64,000 nucleotides of DNA, taken from NCBI GenBank assembly GCA_036769505.1, contig DAIPKY010000002.1, positions 22,235-86,234 on the forward strand. The letters are read 5' to 3'. The DNA comes from Nitrososphaeraceae archaeon. Its GTDB lineage: Archaea; Thermoproteota; Nitrososphaeria; Nitrososphaerales; Nitrososphaeraceae. The notes beneath the pieces are model-generated. The model was given only the letters and a program-made list of their open reading frames with translations, was not told where the DNA came from and did no database searches. Positions within the stretch are counted from its first letter, which is position 1. The number at the start of each line of letters is the position of its first letter. The position numbers and the translations under genes were made by a program. This document shows positions 1 to 10,032 of the stretch, one piece after another.

Positions 1-814
1 CAACTACATAAAAGGGAATATGATGGGTTTTTGCTAAGACCGCTAATTGATATGTACCAATTTTGTTAAAAACATGACCAGTACGTAGTATTCTATCTGC
101 TCCTACGACGACTTGTTTAACAATTCCTCTAGCCATTATGTGTCCCACAGCAGTGTCCGGAATTAGATTAACATCTATATTTTCATGTTTAAGCTCAAAT
201 GCAGTTAATCTAGACCCTTGCATGACTGGTCTGGTTTCAGTGACAATAACACTAATTTTTTTACCTGATTCCTTGACAGCTCTTATCACTCCTAATGCAG
301 TTCCATAAGCAACTGTCGCTAGTGAACCAGCATTACAATGAGTCATAATAGTATCACCATCTGCGAATAAATGAGCGCCATTTATTCCCATTGATTTGTT
401 GGTTGCTATGTCCTCTTTAGCCATTAGAATAGCTTCTTCGAGTATAACTTTTTTTATTAAAGATATATCCCTGAGATTTCTGATTTTTTTCATAAGTCTA
501 TCAAGAGCCCATTGAAGGTTAACAGCAGTTGGACGTGTTGATCGTATTATATCATACGCTTTATCTAGTTCTTTAAAAAATACTTTCCAATTAGTTGTTT
601 TGCTATTAAGTGCCGCCAAGGCTAATCCAAATGCCGCGGTAACTCCAATAGCAGGAGCGCCTCTAACAACAAGTTTTTTTATAGCGTCTGCTACCTCAAT
701 ATAACTTCTGCATCTTACGTAACATAGTTTTGATGGTAGTTTGGTTTGGTCAATCAAAATAAGAGAATTATTCTTCCATTCAAGGGTTAGAAGCCTAGGA
801 GGTGATGTATTCAC
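1..814 (-). CDS. mtnA: S-methyl-5-thioribose-1-phosphate isomerase (eIF-2B-like), 3' end runs off the window
   Basis: Manual translation from GTG at 814: MNTSPPRLLTLEWKNNSLILIDQTKLP...VRGAPAIG...RPTAVNL...THCNAGSLAT...ETRPVMQGSRLT...GADRI; not in ORF track because truncated. Confidence 0.9.
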   Translation of the reverse strand, partial: MNTSPPRLLTLEWKNNSLILIDQTKLPSKLCYVRCRSYIEVADAIKKLVVRGAPAIGVTAAFGLALAALNSKTTNWKVFFKELDKAYDIIRSTRPTAVNLQWALDRLMKKIRNLRDISLIKKVILEEAILMAKEDIATNKSMGINGAHLFADGDTIMTHCNAGSLATVAYGTALGVIRAVKESGKKISVIVTETRPVMQGSRLTAFELKHENIDVNLIPDTAVGHIMARGIVKQVVVGADRILRTGHVFNKIGTYQLAVLAKTHHIPFYVV

Positions 815-886
815 TTTATTCAATAGCTTAACAATTTCATGAGATAATATAATTTGTTGAATTAGAATGCTCTAATAAAGAAAGAG

Positions 887-2293
887 CTAACTAAGATTAC
901 CTATCGTAGCATGGTTTACTCCACTAAACTTATTTTCCATAATAATGCCTCTTCCATCATATAATGCACTTTTTCCTATATTATTACGGTTTAGTGTTTT
1001 ATACTCTTCATGATCAGCAATAACCATAATTAAATCAGCTCCTTTTAATGCTTCATCGAGATCATTTATTAGGAACGTATTTGTATGTTTAGAGAAATGA
1101 TCATCTTTTTTAACAAGAGGATCATGAACTATAATTTCTTTAACTTTCAGTTTTTGTAATTCTTTGATAACGTCATATGTTGGAGATAACCGGGTATCTG
1201 AGACTCCTCCTCTAAATGCGAGACCTAATAATGTTATTCTCAAGTCTTTGTACTTTTTTGGCTTAATCAATTTTAGTGCTTGTATAACACAATATTTGGG
1301 CATTGAATTATTAAGTAATCTACCTGATCTAGTTAGTTTGCAGTCTACTTCAAGCATTTTGGCAGTTTTTAGAATAAATTGAGGATATACTGGAATACAA
1401 GCGCCCCCTACTCCAATCCCTGGCTTGTGAATATGACAAAAAGGCTGAGAATTTGCCGCATTACGTACTTCCCAGAAATTTATTCCTAGACGTTCAGAAA
1501 ATATAGCTAATTCATTTGCTAATGCTATATTTACATCTCTATATACTCCTTCAAATAGTTTTTCAGTTTCTGCTGACTTGATATTACTCATAGCAATTAT
1601 ACCTTTTTGATAGATAAAAGAAAAAACCTTTTTACTAATTTCTAAACTTTTTTTTCCTGATCCAGCAACAACCCCTGGATACCTCTGTTCAATATCTTCT
1701 ATTGCTCTTCCTTCATAAATGCGTTCAGGATTATAAACGACATAAAAATCATCTTCTACTGTCAACCCACTCTGTTTCTGTAATAGAGGAATAACCACAT
1801 CCTCTGTTGTACCAGGAGGTACACTTGGATTGAGGGCTACCACATCATTTTTCTTCAATCCTTTTCCTATTGCTACTGCTACATTCTTTACCGCAGACAA
1901 ATCAGCTGTTCCATCAGGAGCCAAAACAGGAACGCATATCATCTTAAGGAAAGAATCGTTAGATGCTTTAACCAGATCATCATAGATACATAATTTATTA
2001 TTGATAATACCCTTTTCAAATGCTTCGTTTACTCCAGGTTCAGGGATATGTGTTTTTCCATCTCTGGCATATTCTAAAATCTGCTTAGATTTATCAACAC
2101 CTATTACATGAGCACCTGCACGCAACCAGGCGGCCGCGAGAGGAGAGCCAACATGACCCAAACCATATATTGCGATTTTAAATTCACCAGAACGAATTTT
2201 AAGATCTAAGCTTAATAGTAATTGTGAAATATTATTATTAAATAATACATTTTCATCTATATTGCTTTTTTCTATTTTTTTGTTAGTTGTCAT
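887..2293 (-). CDS. UDP-N-acetyl-hexosamine/nucleotide-sugar dehydrogenase (WecC-like)
   Basis: GLGHVG Rossmann motif, PPGTT, PER, GVGGACIP catalytic Cys region, D-x-R-x-SP. Confidence 0.85.
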   Translation of the reverse strand: MTTNKKIEKSNIDENVLFNNNISQLLLSLDLKIRSGEFKIAIYGLGHVGSPLAAAWLRAGAHVIGVDKSKQILEYARDGKTHIPEPGVNEAFEKGIINNKLCIYDDLVKASNDSFLKMICVPVLAPDGTADLSAVKNVAVAIGKGLKKNDVVALNPSVPPGTTEDVVIPLLQKQSGLTVEDDFYVVYNPERIYEGRAIEDIEQRYPGVVAGSGKKSLEISKKVFSFIYQKGIIAMSNIKSAETEKLFEGVYRDVNIALANELAIFSERLGINFWEVRNAANSQPFCHIHKPGIGVGGACIPVYPQFILKTAKMLEVDCKLTRSGRLLNNSMPKYCVIQALKLIKPKKYKDLRITLLGLAFRGGVSDTRLSPTYDVIKELQKLKVKEIIVHDPLVKKDDHFSKHTNTFLINDLDEALKGADLIMVIADHEEYKTLNRNNIGKSALYDGRGIIMENKFSGVNHATIGNLS

Positions 2294-2391
2294 AAATTTT
2301 TAAAATATAAGGCAATATTTGTTTTTTTTTAAATTATATTAGAGAAAAGAAGTTAAGACAATCATAAATAATTTATCACCCTCATTAACAT

Positions 2392-3450
2392 TTGAAAATG
2401 TTGTTAAAGGTATCAGATATAAAAGAACACGTTATTAGCACACTCGGATCTCATTGTTCCTTACAAGTGCTAAAAGGTGCGAAAGATGAAGGTTTCAAAA
2501 CTTTGTTGATCTGCGAAAAAAAAAGGGCAAATTTATATAAAAGGTTTAATTTTATCGATGAAATGTATTTTATAGATACCTTTACAGATTTATTAAGCAA
2601 AGATATTCAAAATGAACTAATAGATAAAAGAATACTTCTAATTCCGCATGGTACTTTAATATCTAATCTGAAATTTGATGATTTAGAAAAAATCAATATA
2701 CCGATATTTGGTAACAAATGGATTTTAAGATGGGAAGCTGATAGAGTTTTAAAACAAAAATTAATGAATGACGCCAATTTTAACATACCACTACAAATTA
2801 ATAAAAAAAATGAAATTAAAAATTTATGTATAGTCAAGTTACATGGTGCTGCAGGTGGAAAAGGCTATTTTCTTGCTTGGAACGAACAAAGTTTTGATGA
2901 AGGATGTCAAAAGTTAATTGATCAAAAAGTAATAAAATCTGAAAAAGAGCTATATATTCAAGAGTATGTATTAGGTGTCCCTATATTTTTACAGTTTTTT
3001 TATTCTCCTTTAAAAGATGAAGTCGAATTATTAGGTATCGATAGACGATATGAAAGTGACATTGATGGTATTGGAAGAATACCTGCTAATATTCAAATTA
3101 AACTAAATCTTGAGCCTTCCTATAATGTAATTGGTAATTTTCCGCTGGTTCTTCGAGAGTCACTACTACAAGAAGTATTTTCAATGGCTGAAAATTTTGC
3201 TAAAAAAACAAAAGAATTAGTTGCTCCTGGAATCCCTGGCCCTTTCTGTTTAGAAGGAGTTTATGACAAAAATGGTAAATTTGTTATATTTGAATTTTCT
3301 GCTAGAATCGTAGCCGGTACTAATCTCTTTATCAATGGATCACCGTATGCTGATCTTTTATATAATGAACCTATGAGTATGGGAAGACGAATAAGTAGAG
3401 AAATTAAAGAAGCAATTAAAACAAATAGCTTAGACAAAATTATAACATGA
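2392..3450 (+). CDS. purP: 5-formaminoimidazole-4-carboxamide ribonucleotide synthetase (PurP family, ATP-grasp)
   Basis: [47 protein letters not shown]. Confidence 0.9.
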   Translation: MKMLLKVSDIKEHVISTLGSHCSLQVLKGAKDEGFKTLLICEKKRANLYKRFNFIDEMYFIDTFTDLLSKDIQNELIDKRILLIPHGTLISNLKFDDLEKINIPIFGNKWILRWEADRVLKQKLMNDANFNIPLQINKKNEIKNLCIVKLHGAAGGKGYFLAWNEQSFDEGCQKLIDQKVIKSEKELYIQEYVLGVPIFLQFFYSPLKDEVELLGIDRRYESDIDGIGRIPANIQIKLNLEPSYNVIGNFPLVLRESLLQEVFSMAENFAKKTKELVAPGIPGPFCLEGVYDKNGKFVIFEFSARIVAGTNLFINGSPYADLLYNEPMSMGRRISREIKEAIKTNSLDKIIT

Positions 3451-3461
3451 CTGCATACTGA

Positions 3462-3959
3462 TTATCCTCCAGTCATTCTAGTAAATTTGTTTATTTTTTT
3501 ATAATTAAATATATAATCCAAGTTTGATAAAGCAACAATAGCCGACTTTTTTACTTCTTCACTTGGATCATTTAATGCGGACAACAATGTAGATCTAGCA
3601 TACTCCGAACCAATCACACCCAAAGCAACAGCAGCTTCATGTCGAACAAAAATACTCGGATCTTTCTCTACTGCCTCAGATAGTGGCTTTATTGCAGTAG
3701 TAAATCCTAACTGTCCAAGTGAAAAAGCAGCCTCGTGTCTTACTAATTCATCAACATCTTCCTTTAATGCTTTACTTATCGTTTCAATTGCATGCTCACC
3801 TCCAAGGTCAGCTATAATGCAAATAGCCCGAGTTCGAATAACAGGATCGTGATGGAATGATAATTTACTAAAAAACTGAATATTTTTATTGTTAAATTCT
3901 TTTTCCATTTCTTCTATTAATTCTAACCTCTCGTAATTTTTATCGTAATTACTCTTCAC
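3462..3959 (-). CDS. HEAT-repeat protein with two His-Glu motifs (resembles half of DOHH)
   Basis: Repeats DPVIRTRA, VRHEAAFSLGQ, VRHEAAVALG, DPSEEVKKSA. Confidence 0.8.
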   Translation of the reverse strand: MKSNYDKNYERLELIEEMEKEFNNKNIQFFSKLSFHHDPVIRTRAICIIADLGGEHAIETISKALKEDVDELVRHEAAFSLGQLGFTTAIKPLSEAVEKDPSIFVRHEAAVALGVIGSEYARSTLLSALNDPSEEVKKSAIVALSNLDYIFNYKKINKFTRMTGG

Positions 3960-4042
3960 GGTTAATTTGGTCTTAATTTTTTAATCTTAATCTTCATATT
4001 AACCTTTCATAAGTTATATATTTGTAAACATAAGATCTTTTT

Positions 4043-4504
4043 ATGCGTATAAGATATTGGCATCTTACTATACCAGAAATTCTAAATGCAAGATACCCGC
4101 TTGATAAGGTAAACCATTGGGAGATAAAGTGTCTATATGGAGAACATGAACATTTTGGGATTTTCTGGTACAAATATGGAACTCCTTTCGATAAAGAACC
4201 TGTCCATGGAATTTGTTTTTACTATAATGAGATCCCAGAAAATATAATTAAAGAGTTAACAAATTATCTAGTAGCAAAATTTGGAGGGAAAATTTTACGT
4301 AGGCAATCAAGAGTATTTCTTGAGGGCTCAAAAGAAATCAACGACTCTTATAATATTAGTCAATTAGCAAATGAGATTAGTTTAAAGTTTTCAATTCCTG
4401 TCGAAATAACACTAGAATTTGAAAAAGTTACAAAAGAAGAGGTAGATGATAACAGTTTTAATTTTCCCCAGAAAAAGTCATTACCAATAGTTGGGATTGA
4501 TTGA
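4043..4504 (+). CDS. hypothetical protein
   Basis: 153-aa ORF with ATG start and protein-like composition, no overlap with neighbours. Confidence 0.7.
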   Translation: MRIRYWHLTIPEILNARYPLDKVNHWEIKCLYGEHEHFGIFWYKYGTPFDKEPVHGICFYYNEIPENIIKELTNYLVAKFGGKILRRQSRVFLEGSKEINDSYNISQLANEISLKFSIPVEITLEFEKVTKEEVDDNSFNFPQKKSLPIVGID

Positions 4505-4549
4505 TTGATAACAGATTAAGAATAGTAAACCATGACCAAATCTTAAACC

Positions 4550-4960
4550 TCATGGACTATGATTCAAAATCGAATTCAATTTAGTAATTAAAGTAGACAT
4601 ACTAACAGGCTTGCTTATAAAGTCAATAACATCTACAGAAGGAATAACTTTACTGAATTCTTCCTTATTTATTTCAAAAGCAGTTATAAATACTATTTTC
4701 ATAGAAGGAGTACTTTCCTTAATTCGTCTATATAATTCGAATCCATTAATCTTAGGCATTCTAATATCTGTAAGAACCAAATCATAATAATTATCTGAAT
4801 TTTCCTTTAGAGATTCCAAAGCTGATTCTGCATCAATAAACGTTTCAACTTTAAAGCGGTTCTTAGATTCGAGTCCTCTTTTTACAATAGATAAAATATC
4901 TCTTTCATCATCTACAACCATTATTCTAGGCGGTATGTTAGTAGTGTTAGAAAGGTTCAC
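4550..4960 (-). CDS. single-domain response regulator (receiver)
   Basis: IMVVDDE, LTDIRMPKINGFEL, FITA, SKP. Confidence 0.9.
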   Translation of the reverse strand: MNLSNTTNIPPRIMVVDDERDILSIVKRGLESKNRFKVETFIDAESALESLKENSDNYYDLVLTDIRMPKINGFELYRRIKESTPSMKIVFITAFEINKEEFSKVIPSVDVIDFISKPVSMSTLITKLNSILNHSP

Positions 4961-5097
4961 GCCTATTTTATTTATGAGTTCCTACTAAAAATGTTATCTA
5001 TTCCATAAAGGAGTAGCATTTTTCTCCAAAGAATTAGAAAAAAAATAAATGAGTTTAATATGTAATATTGATATATCTTAAGTTTATTTTTTACTCA

Positions 5098-5580
5098 ATG
5101 AATAATTTAAATGAAGAAGGAATGGAATTACTCCATGCTGAAAATATTAAAGAATTTAATACATTTCGCATGAAAAATTTGACATTTAAACCAAATTTAT
5201 CTAACCAAGATTTTGCTGGTAAAAATCTTTCCTTTGCTTTCTTAAATGGAGCACTGTGTATTAATACTAATTTTTCTAATTGTATTTTGAAAAAAGCCAA
5301 TTTAGTTCAAGCTGAACTTAACAAAGCGAATTTTGATAACTCTGATCTGACAAGTGCATTATTCATGTACGCCGAAATGAAGGAATGTAAATTAAGAAAT
5401 TGTAATATGTATAGATCTAATTTTATGTGGGCAAATTTACAAAATTCTGATTTGAGTAATAGCAACATTACGAATACAATTTTCATCGAAGCAAATTTAC
5501 AGCATTCTATTTTGAATGATTTAAACAAAAATAATGCGTATATTAAATACGCAAAAATAGAATCTACCTCTTGGAAATGA
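5098..5580 (+). CDS. pentapeptide repeat protein
   Basis: Repeated A(N/D)Lxx units (ANLVQAELNKANFDNSDLTSA...); ATG at 5098 preferred over upstream TTG at 5068. Confidence 0.85.
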   Translation: MNNLNEEGMELLHAENIKEFNTFRMKNLTFKPNLSNQDFAGKNLSFAFLNGALCINTNFSNCILKKANLVQAELNKANFDNSDLTSALFMYAEMKECKLRNCNMYRSNFMWANLQNSDLSNSNITNTIFIEANLQHSILNDLNKNNAYIKYAKIESTSWK

Positions 5581-5880
5581 AAAAATGGCAATGATGCAAT
5601 AACTTTGGTTATTTCGAATAACTGATAAATTTACTGTACGATAAAAGAACTTTTACATAATAGATGTCTTCCCAGAAGAAAATATTGTACAAAAAAATTT
5701 GGTATTCAAAAAAGAATGTAATAGAAATATACACATTAGCCAATGAGGCACTAACATTTGCTATTGTATTTTAAATAATAATAAGAAAAAGGTTAAGGCA
5801 TTACATAGGAATGAGAATAAAGTTGGAAAAGATTTTTGCTGCACAGAGGAAGTTATTTATATCCTAATGTAATTTCTCTG

Positions 5881-6423
5881 ATGTTGTCTGATACTAAGAT
5901 AGATTTGAAAGCTTTAATCAAACATTATAATGATTTTCCCAAAAAGGGTGTTATTTTCAGAGATGTAAATCCATTATTTAGAAATTCTGTTGCCATACAA
6001 GTAATAGCTAAACAATTTATTCATCAAGAAGAATTGTCAAAAATTGATTATATAGCAGGGATAGAATCTAGGGGTTTTACTGTTGCATCATTATTAGCGA
6101 AAAATTATAACAAGGGAATGATACTTGTGAGAAAAGTTGGAAAGCTTCCTGGTAAAACAGTAAAAAAAACATATAATATTGAATACGGTAGTTCAATAAT
6201 AGAAATACAGGAGGAGGCAATAAAAAAAGGTCAAACTATTCTGATTGCTGATGACTTAATTGCTACTGGTGGCACTGCTATTGCGACAGCTGAGTTAATC
6301 GAGGAAATGGGAGGTACAGTTTTTGGATTTGCAGTTATTATAGAATTAGTGTATCTAAAAGGCGGAGATATTTTAAGAAAGAAAGGCTATGACGTTCGTT
6401 CGTTGGTGAAATATAATGATTAA
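5881..6423 (+). CDS. apt: adenine phosphoribosyltransferase
   Basis: DFPKKGVIFRD, GIESRGF, RKVGKLPG, EYG, DDLIATGGT; start at ATG 5881 inferred. Confidence 0.9.
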   Translation: MLSDTKIDLKALIKHYNDFPKKGVIFRDVNPLFRNSVAIQVIAKQFIHQEELSKIDYIAGIESRGFTVASLLAKNYNKGMILVRKVGKLPGKTVKKTYNIEYGSSIIEIQEEAIKKGQTILIADDLIATGGTAIATAELIEEMGGTVFGFAVIIELVYLKGGDILRKKGYDVRSLVKYND

Positions 6424-7225
6424 AAATTTAAAATATCGCTCAACAATAGGTATTATTGGTGGAACAGGTATCTATGACTCTAATATTTTTAACATAATAG
6501 ATGAAATTAAAATTAATACTCCCTATGGAGAAACATCAGATAGAATATCAATTTGTACATATCATGACAAAAAAATAGCGTTCATTCCTCGCCATGGAAA
6601 AAATCATAGGCTTCCCCCTCATAAAGTTAATTACCGAGCAAATATTTGGGCTCTGAATGAGCTAGGTGTTAAAGTAATCCTTGCACCGTCGGCTGTAGGA
6701 AGTCTGAAATCACAATATACGCCTGGAGATATGGTATTACCTGATCAATATATAGATTTTACAAAAAAAAGGGAATATACGTTTTATGATGGTCCAGTAG
6801 TTTGTCATATTTCTCAATCTGATCCATTTTGTCCTAATTTGAGAGAAATTATTATAAGTGATTTAAAAAGTTTAAACTTTAAGTTTCATCCTCTTGGAAC
6901 CTATATTTGTATAGAAGGTCCGAGATTTTCTACTAAAGCTGAATCTAATTTCTATAGAACATTACTTACAGCTGACATAATTGGAATGACCTTAATTCCA
7001 GAATGCATATTAGCTAAAGAAATGGAGATGTGTTATGTGTCCATTTCTACAGTAACTGATTATGACGTATGGGCAGAAGTTTCTGTAAATTCAAAGGAAA
7101 TAATTGAAACATTAAATAAAAATGTTGATAAAACTAAAAAATTGTTACTAACAATTATTCCCAAAATAAATGAAGAAAGGAATTTATGTAAATGTTCTAA
7201 CTCTTTAGATAATGCATTAGTATAA
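6416..7225 (+). CDS. mtnP: S-methyl-5'-thioadenosine phosphorylase
   Basis: GIIGGTG, PRHG, VNYRANIWAL, EGPRFST, IGMT, TDYD; overlaps apt stop. Confidence 0.9.
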   Translation: MIKNLKYRSTIGIIGGTGIYDSNIFNIIDEIKINTPYGETSDRISICTYHDKKIAFIPRHGKNHRLPPHKVNYRANIWALNELGVKVILAPSAVGSLKSQYTPGDMVLPDQYIDFTKKREYTFYDGPVVCHISQSDPFCPNLREIIISDLKSLNFKFHPLGTYICIEGPRFSTKAESNFYRTLLTADIIGMTLIPECILAKEMEMCYVSISTVTDYDVWAEVSVNSKEIIETLNKNVDKTKKLLLTIIPKINEERNLCKCSNSLDNALV

Positions 7226-7332
7226 TAAACACTCTCGGTACGATTATAATTTTTTTACTATAACAGAGAACAATTATAAAATAATTATTATCATTAATAT
7301 TATAAATTTTTCTTGAGAAAATGTTTGTTTAT

Positions 7333-7632
7333 TTATTTAGGTGATTTCATGTTGGGAGGAAGATTAACATCTCCTTCGATTAACTTTCTCTGTATAGTCA
7401 ATTGTAGTTTTTCTGGGTCAATTTCCATTTTTTTTAATTTGCTAATAGACAGAGTAGATAATTTTAAGCTGATATTATGTCCTCCAATTCTACCAAATGC
7501 AATAGCTGAGAATCTAAAACTTTGATTTTTAACAACAAAATACCCAGTCAATTTACTAGCAACTTCTCCTCCTGAAGAAGTATTTATAAAGACATCGACT
7601 TTAAGATTATTGTTATCTTCAAAACCGTACAT
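7333..7632 (-). CDS. hypothetical protein
   Basis: 99-aa ORF in a co-directional run, AIAFGRIGGHN motif-like segment. Confidence 0.65.
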   Translation of the reverse strand: MYGFEDNNNLKVDVFINTSSGGEVASKLTGYFVVKNQSFRFSAIAFGRIGGHNISLKLSTLSISKLKKMEIDPEKLQLTIQRKLIEGDVNLPPNMKSPK

Positions 7633-7635
7633 GAT

Positions 7636-8064
7636 TTATAACTCTTTTGTAATTTCAATGCTCCGATTTATATTGTTTTCAACAAGAAAATTCCACCAAT
7701 CATTATCAATCATCCGGTAATTTTTGACAGTTGTATTAATAATTGTCTCATCATCTGTATCAAAGAATTTAAATACACCTTCTTTCAAAATTTTAATTAG
7801 TTTCCATCGATCTTTACCAATTCGATTTCTATTAACAGCAACTGCCCACTTTTTTCCTTTTTCTATTTTGGGCATACCAATATCCTCCGCTATATCTAAA
7901 ATACCTAACCTTTTTTCTTCACAAAAAAGTTCCTTTGTGATAACGCTCCTCCATACATCTATTGCACCTATAGTCTTACCTCTCTCATTTATATTAATGA
8001 CTCCAAAATAAACGATCTTGTCATTTGTTTTACAATTATTTGTTTTACAATCATTTTTAATCAT
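7636..8064 (-). CDS. hypothetical protein
   Basis: 142-aa ORF, 3-nt gap to downstream gene. Confidence 0.65.
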   Translation of the reverse strand: MIKNDCKTNNCKTNDKIVYFGVININERGKTIGAIDVWRSVITKELFCEEKRLGILDIAEDIGMPKIEKGKKWAVAVNRNRIGKDRWKLIKILKEGVFKFFDTDDETIINTTVKNYRMIDNDWWNFLVENNINRSIEITKEL

Positions 8065-8088
8065 AGAAAATTACACTTTTATTTTTCC

Positions 8089-8445
8089 TTATTTAGTTCT
8101 TGCAGCCTCAAATGGTTGTTCGAGTATTATGGCAAGATTATCAATCATGGTATTTTTTCTCCAAGGCATTTCCTTTTCCAAACACAATCTTTTATACCTA
8201 TTTATTATAGCAAATCTAGGATGAAAGGATTCAAATAAATTTTTTGAAAATTGAATAATCATATTTTTATTAATTAATGATTCTACAATTTCTCTACAAT
8301 GTGAGTTATCTAGATTCAACTCTCTGGAAATCTGTTCTATCTCCAACATCCCTTTGCTTATTATAAGTAAAAATATTTTAGTTTCTAAATTCGAAAGTTG
8401 AAGATCTTTAGTAAATATATTGTAATAGTTAGCATTTAAAAACAA
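8089..8445 (-). CDS. TrmB-like winged-helix transcription regulator (DNA-binding domain only)
   Basis: LQLSNLETKIFLLII...ISRELNL...VESLINKNMI...FHP pattern. Confidence 0.65.
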   Translation of the reverse strand: MFLNANYYNIFTKDLQLSNLETKIFLLIISKGMLEIEQISRELNLDNSHCREIVESLINKNMIIQFSKNLFESFHPRFAIINRYKRLCLEKEMPWRKNTMIDNLAIILEQPFEAARTK

Positions 8446-8521
8446 TATAAGATGTGCTCTTTTATCTCAAATAAATATTTCTGATTCAAATACAAGATCA
8501 TTATATTTACAATATTCATAA

Positions 8522-8953
8522 TTATAAGTTTGTTAAGAATTTATAGCTTACCGTAAGGATTTCCTTAGACTTTTTATAGGTAAGCCTTTGTAAAGCCATT
8601 GCATAAGTGTCCCATGAAAAATTCATATGTTCAGATGATAAAAGCACTTCTTTAGAATGGGTCCTTGCTAAACGAAATAGAACTTTTTTAGAGATCAACT
8701 GATGCTCACGTTTATATTTATAGGATATCTCTTTTTCAAAACCATCTATAAAAATAAGGTCTCTAATACCGGTCTCTTCCTTAATTTCTCTTCTTATAGT
8801 GTCAACATAATTTTCCCCTCTTTCTCTATTTCCTTTTGGAAAATCCCAATGTCCACAAAAATAATGTAATAGAAGAAATATCATATTTTGATTATCAAGA
8901 GTATAGACTACTGCTCCACAAGAAAATTCGTTACTCACACAATCACCATCCAA
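8522..8953 (-). CDS. NUDIX hydrolase (Ap4A hydrolase-like)
   Basis: SCGAVVY, HWDFPKG, RREIKEETG, LSSEH. Confidence 0.85.
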   Translation of the reverse strand: MDGDCVSNEFSCGAVVYTLDNQNMIFLLLHYFCGHWDFPKGNRERGENYVDTIRREIKEETGIRDLIFIDGFEKEISYKYKREHQLISKKVLFRLARTHSKEVLLSSEHMNFSWDTYAMALQRLTYKKSKEILTVSYKFLTNL

Positions 8954-8981
8954 AAATTCAAACTAGAAACTATCTTTAATC

Positions 8982-9119
8982 TCATGTTTCTGGAAAAGAA
9001 AAAGGCTCAGAAACTTGAATAGGCAAATAATCATGTATATTTAACCATTCTTCTTCATCCATAAAGTAACTACAATACCATTTTTTCAACTGAGGATCGT
9101 AAAAACCATGTTCATGCAT
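8982..9119 (-). CDS. putative small protein (45 aa), not in ORF track
   Basis: Manual translation MHEHGFYDPQLKKWYCSYFMDEEEWLNIHDYLPIQVSEPFSFPET*, fits the uppS-NUDIX gap on the same strand. Confidence 0.5.
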   Translation of the reverse strand: MHEHGFYDPQLKKWYCSYFMDEEEWLNIHDYLPIQVSEPFSFPET

Positions 9120-9159
9120 CAGATAATTAAAGAATTAATAGGTTATTTTAGTTATTATT

Positions 9160-9972
9160 TTATTTTCCAAATCTCCTTATACGATTTTGATAAGTCCTTA
9201 TAGCACGCATAAAATCAATTTTCCTGAACTCTGGCCAAAAAACATCCATAAATACCAATTCACTATACGCGCTTTGCCAAAGTAAAAAACCACTTAATCT
9301 TTTTTCTCCGGAGGTTCGAAGAATTAAGTCTGGATCTGATTGTGGAAGATGAGAAGTATACAGACATGATTCAATGATCTTTTTATTGATATCATGAATG
9401 TTTAATTTGCCAGCAGTAACCAAAGATGCTATTTTTTTAATAGCATCTACTAATTCTTGTTGTCCACCATAGGCCACAGCTATATTTAGAAACATTGAAT
9501 TGTAAGAGGAAGTTTCTTCTTCTAAGTTTTTTAGTATTTGTTGTAATTTTTTAGGCAATAATTCTATATTACCGATAGCTTTAATTTTCATCTTTCTTTT
9601 ATGAATGCGGTTATCATCTCTAAGTTTTGTTAATTTTTTACTCAGTAAATTGTAAATATTAGTTAATTCCTCATTTTCCCTTTCTAGGTTTTCGTTAGAA
9701 AGTACATAAACAGTAGTAATTTTAATTTCTAAATCATATATCCAGTTTAACAATTCTTCTGCTTTCTCCGCTCCTATAGAGTGAGCTTTGTCAATTCCAA
9801 AAAAATGGTATTTAGCCCATCTTCTATTTCCATCCAGGATAATAGCAACATGCTTTGGTAAAGGATCTCTTGATATTTGAGACGCTAACCATCGTTCATA
9901 AATTTTATAAAAACCAGATAACCTAAATAGTAATTCAAACAAAACTTGACTAGAAAAATTTATCATTTTCAT
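9160..9972 (-). CDS. uppS: cis-prenyltransferase (polyprenyl diphosphate synthase)
   Basis: HVAIILDGNRRWA, SNENLER, YGG, RTSGEKRLSGFLLWQSAYSE, FWPEF, RRFGK. Confidence 0.95.
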   Translation of the reverse strand: MKMINFSSQVLFELLFRLSGFYKIYERWLASQISRDPLPKHVAIILDGNRRWAKYHFFGIDKAHSIGAEKAEELLNWIYDLEIKITTVYVLSNENLERENEELTNIYNLLSKKLTKLRDDNRIHKRKMKIKAIGNIELLPKKLQQILKNLEEETSSYNSMFLNIAVAYGGQQELVDAIKKIASLVTAGKLNIHDINKKIIESCLYTSHLPQSDPDLILRTSGEKRLSGFLLWQSAYSELVFMDVFWPEFRKIDFMRAIRTYQNRIRRFGK

Positions 9973-10032
9973 TTAACATTTTTCTTTAAATCATAAAGTG
10001 TTTAATACTTATTTATTTTATAGTCTAGAATA

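Noticed and set aside
3462..3480. C-terminal Gly-Gly of the HEAT protein as a ubiquitin-like/SAMP tail (JAMM protease present in window)
   Set aside because: Protein is all-helical, not beta-grasp, and the JAMM gene is about 35 kb away
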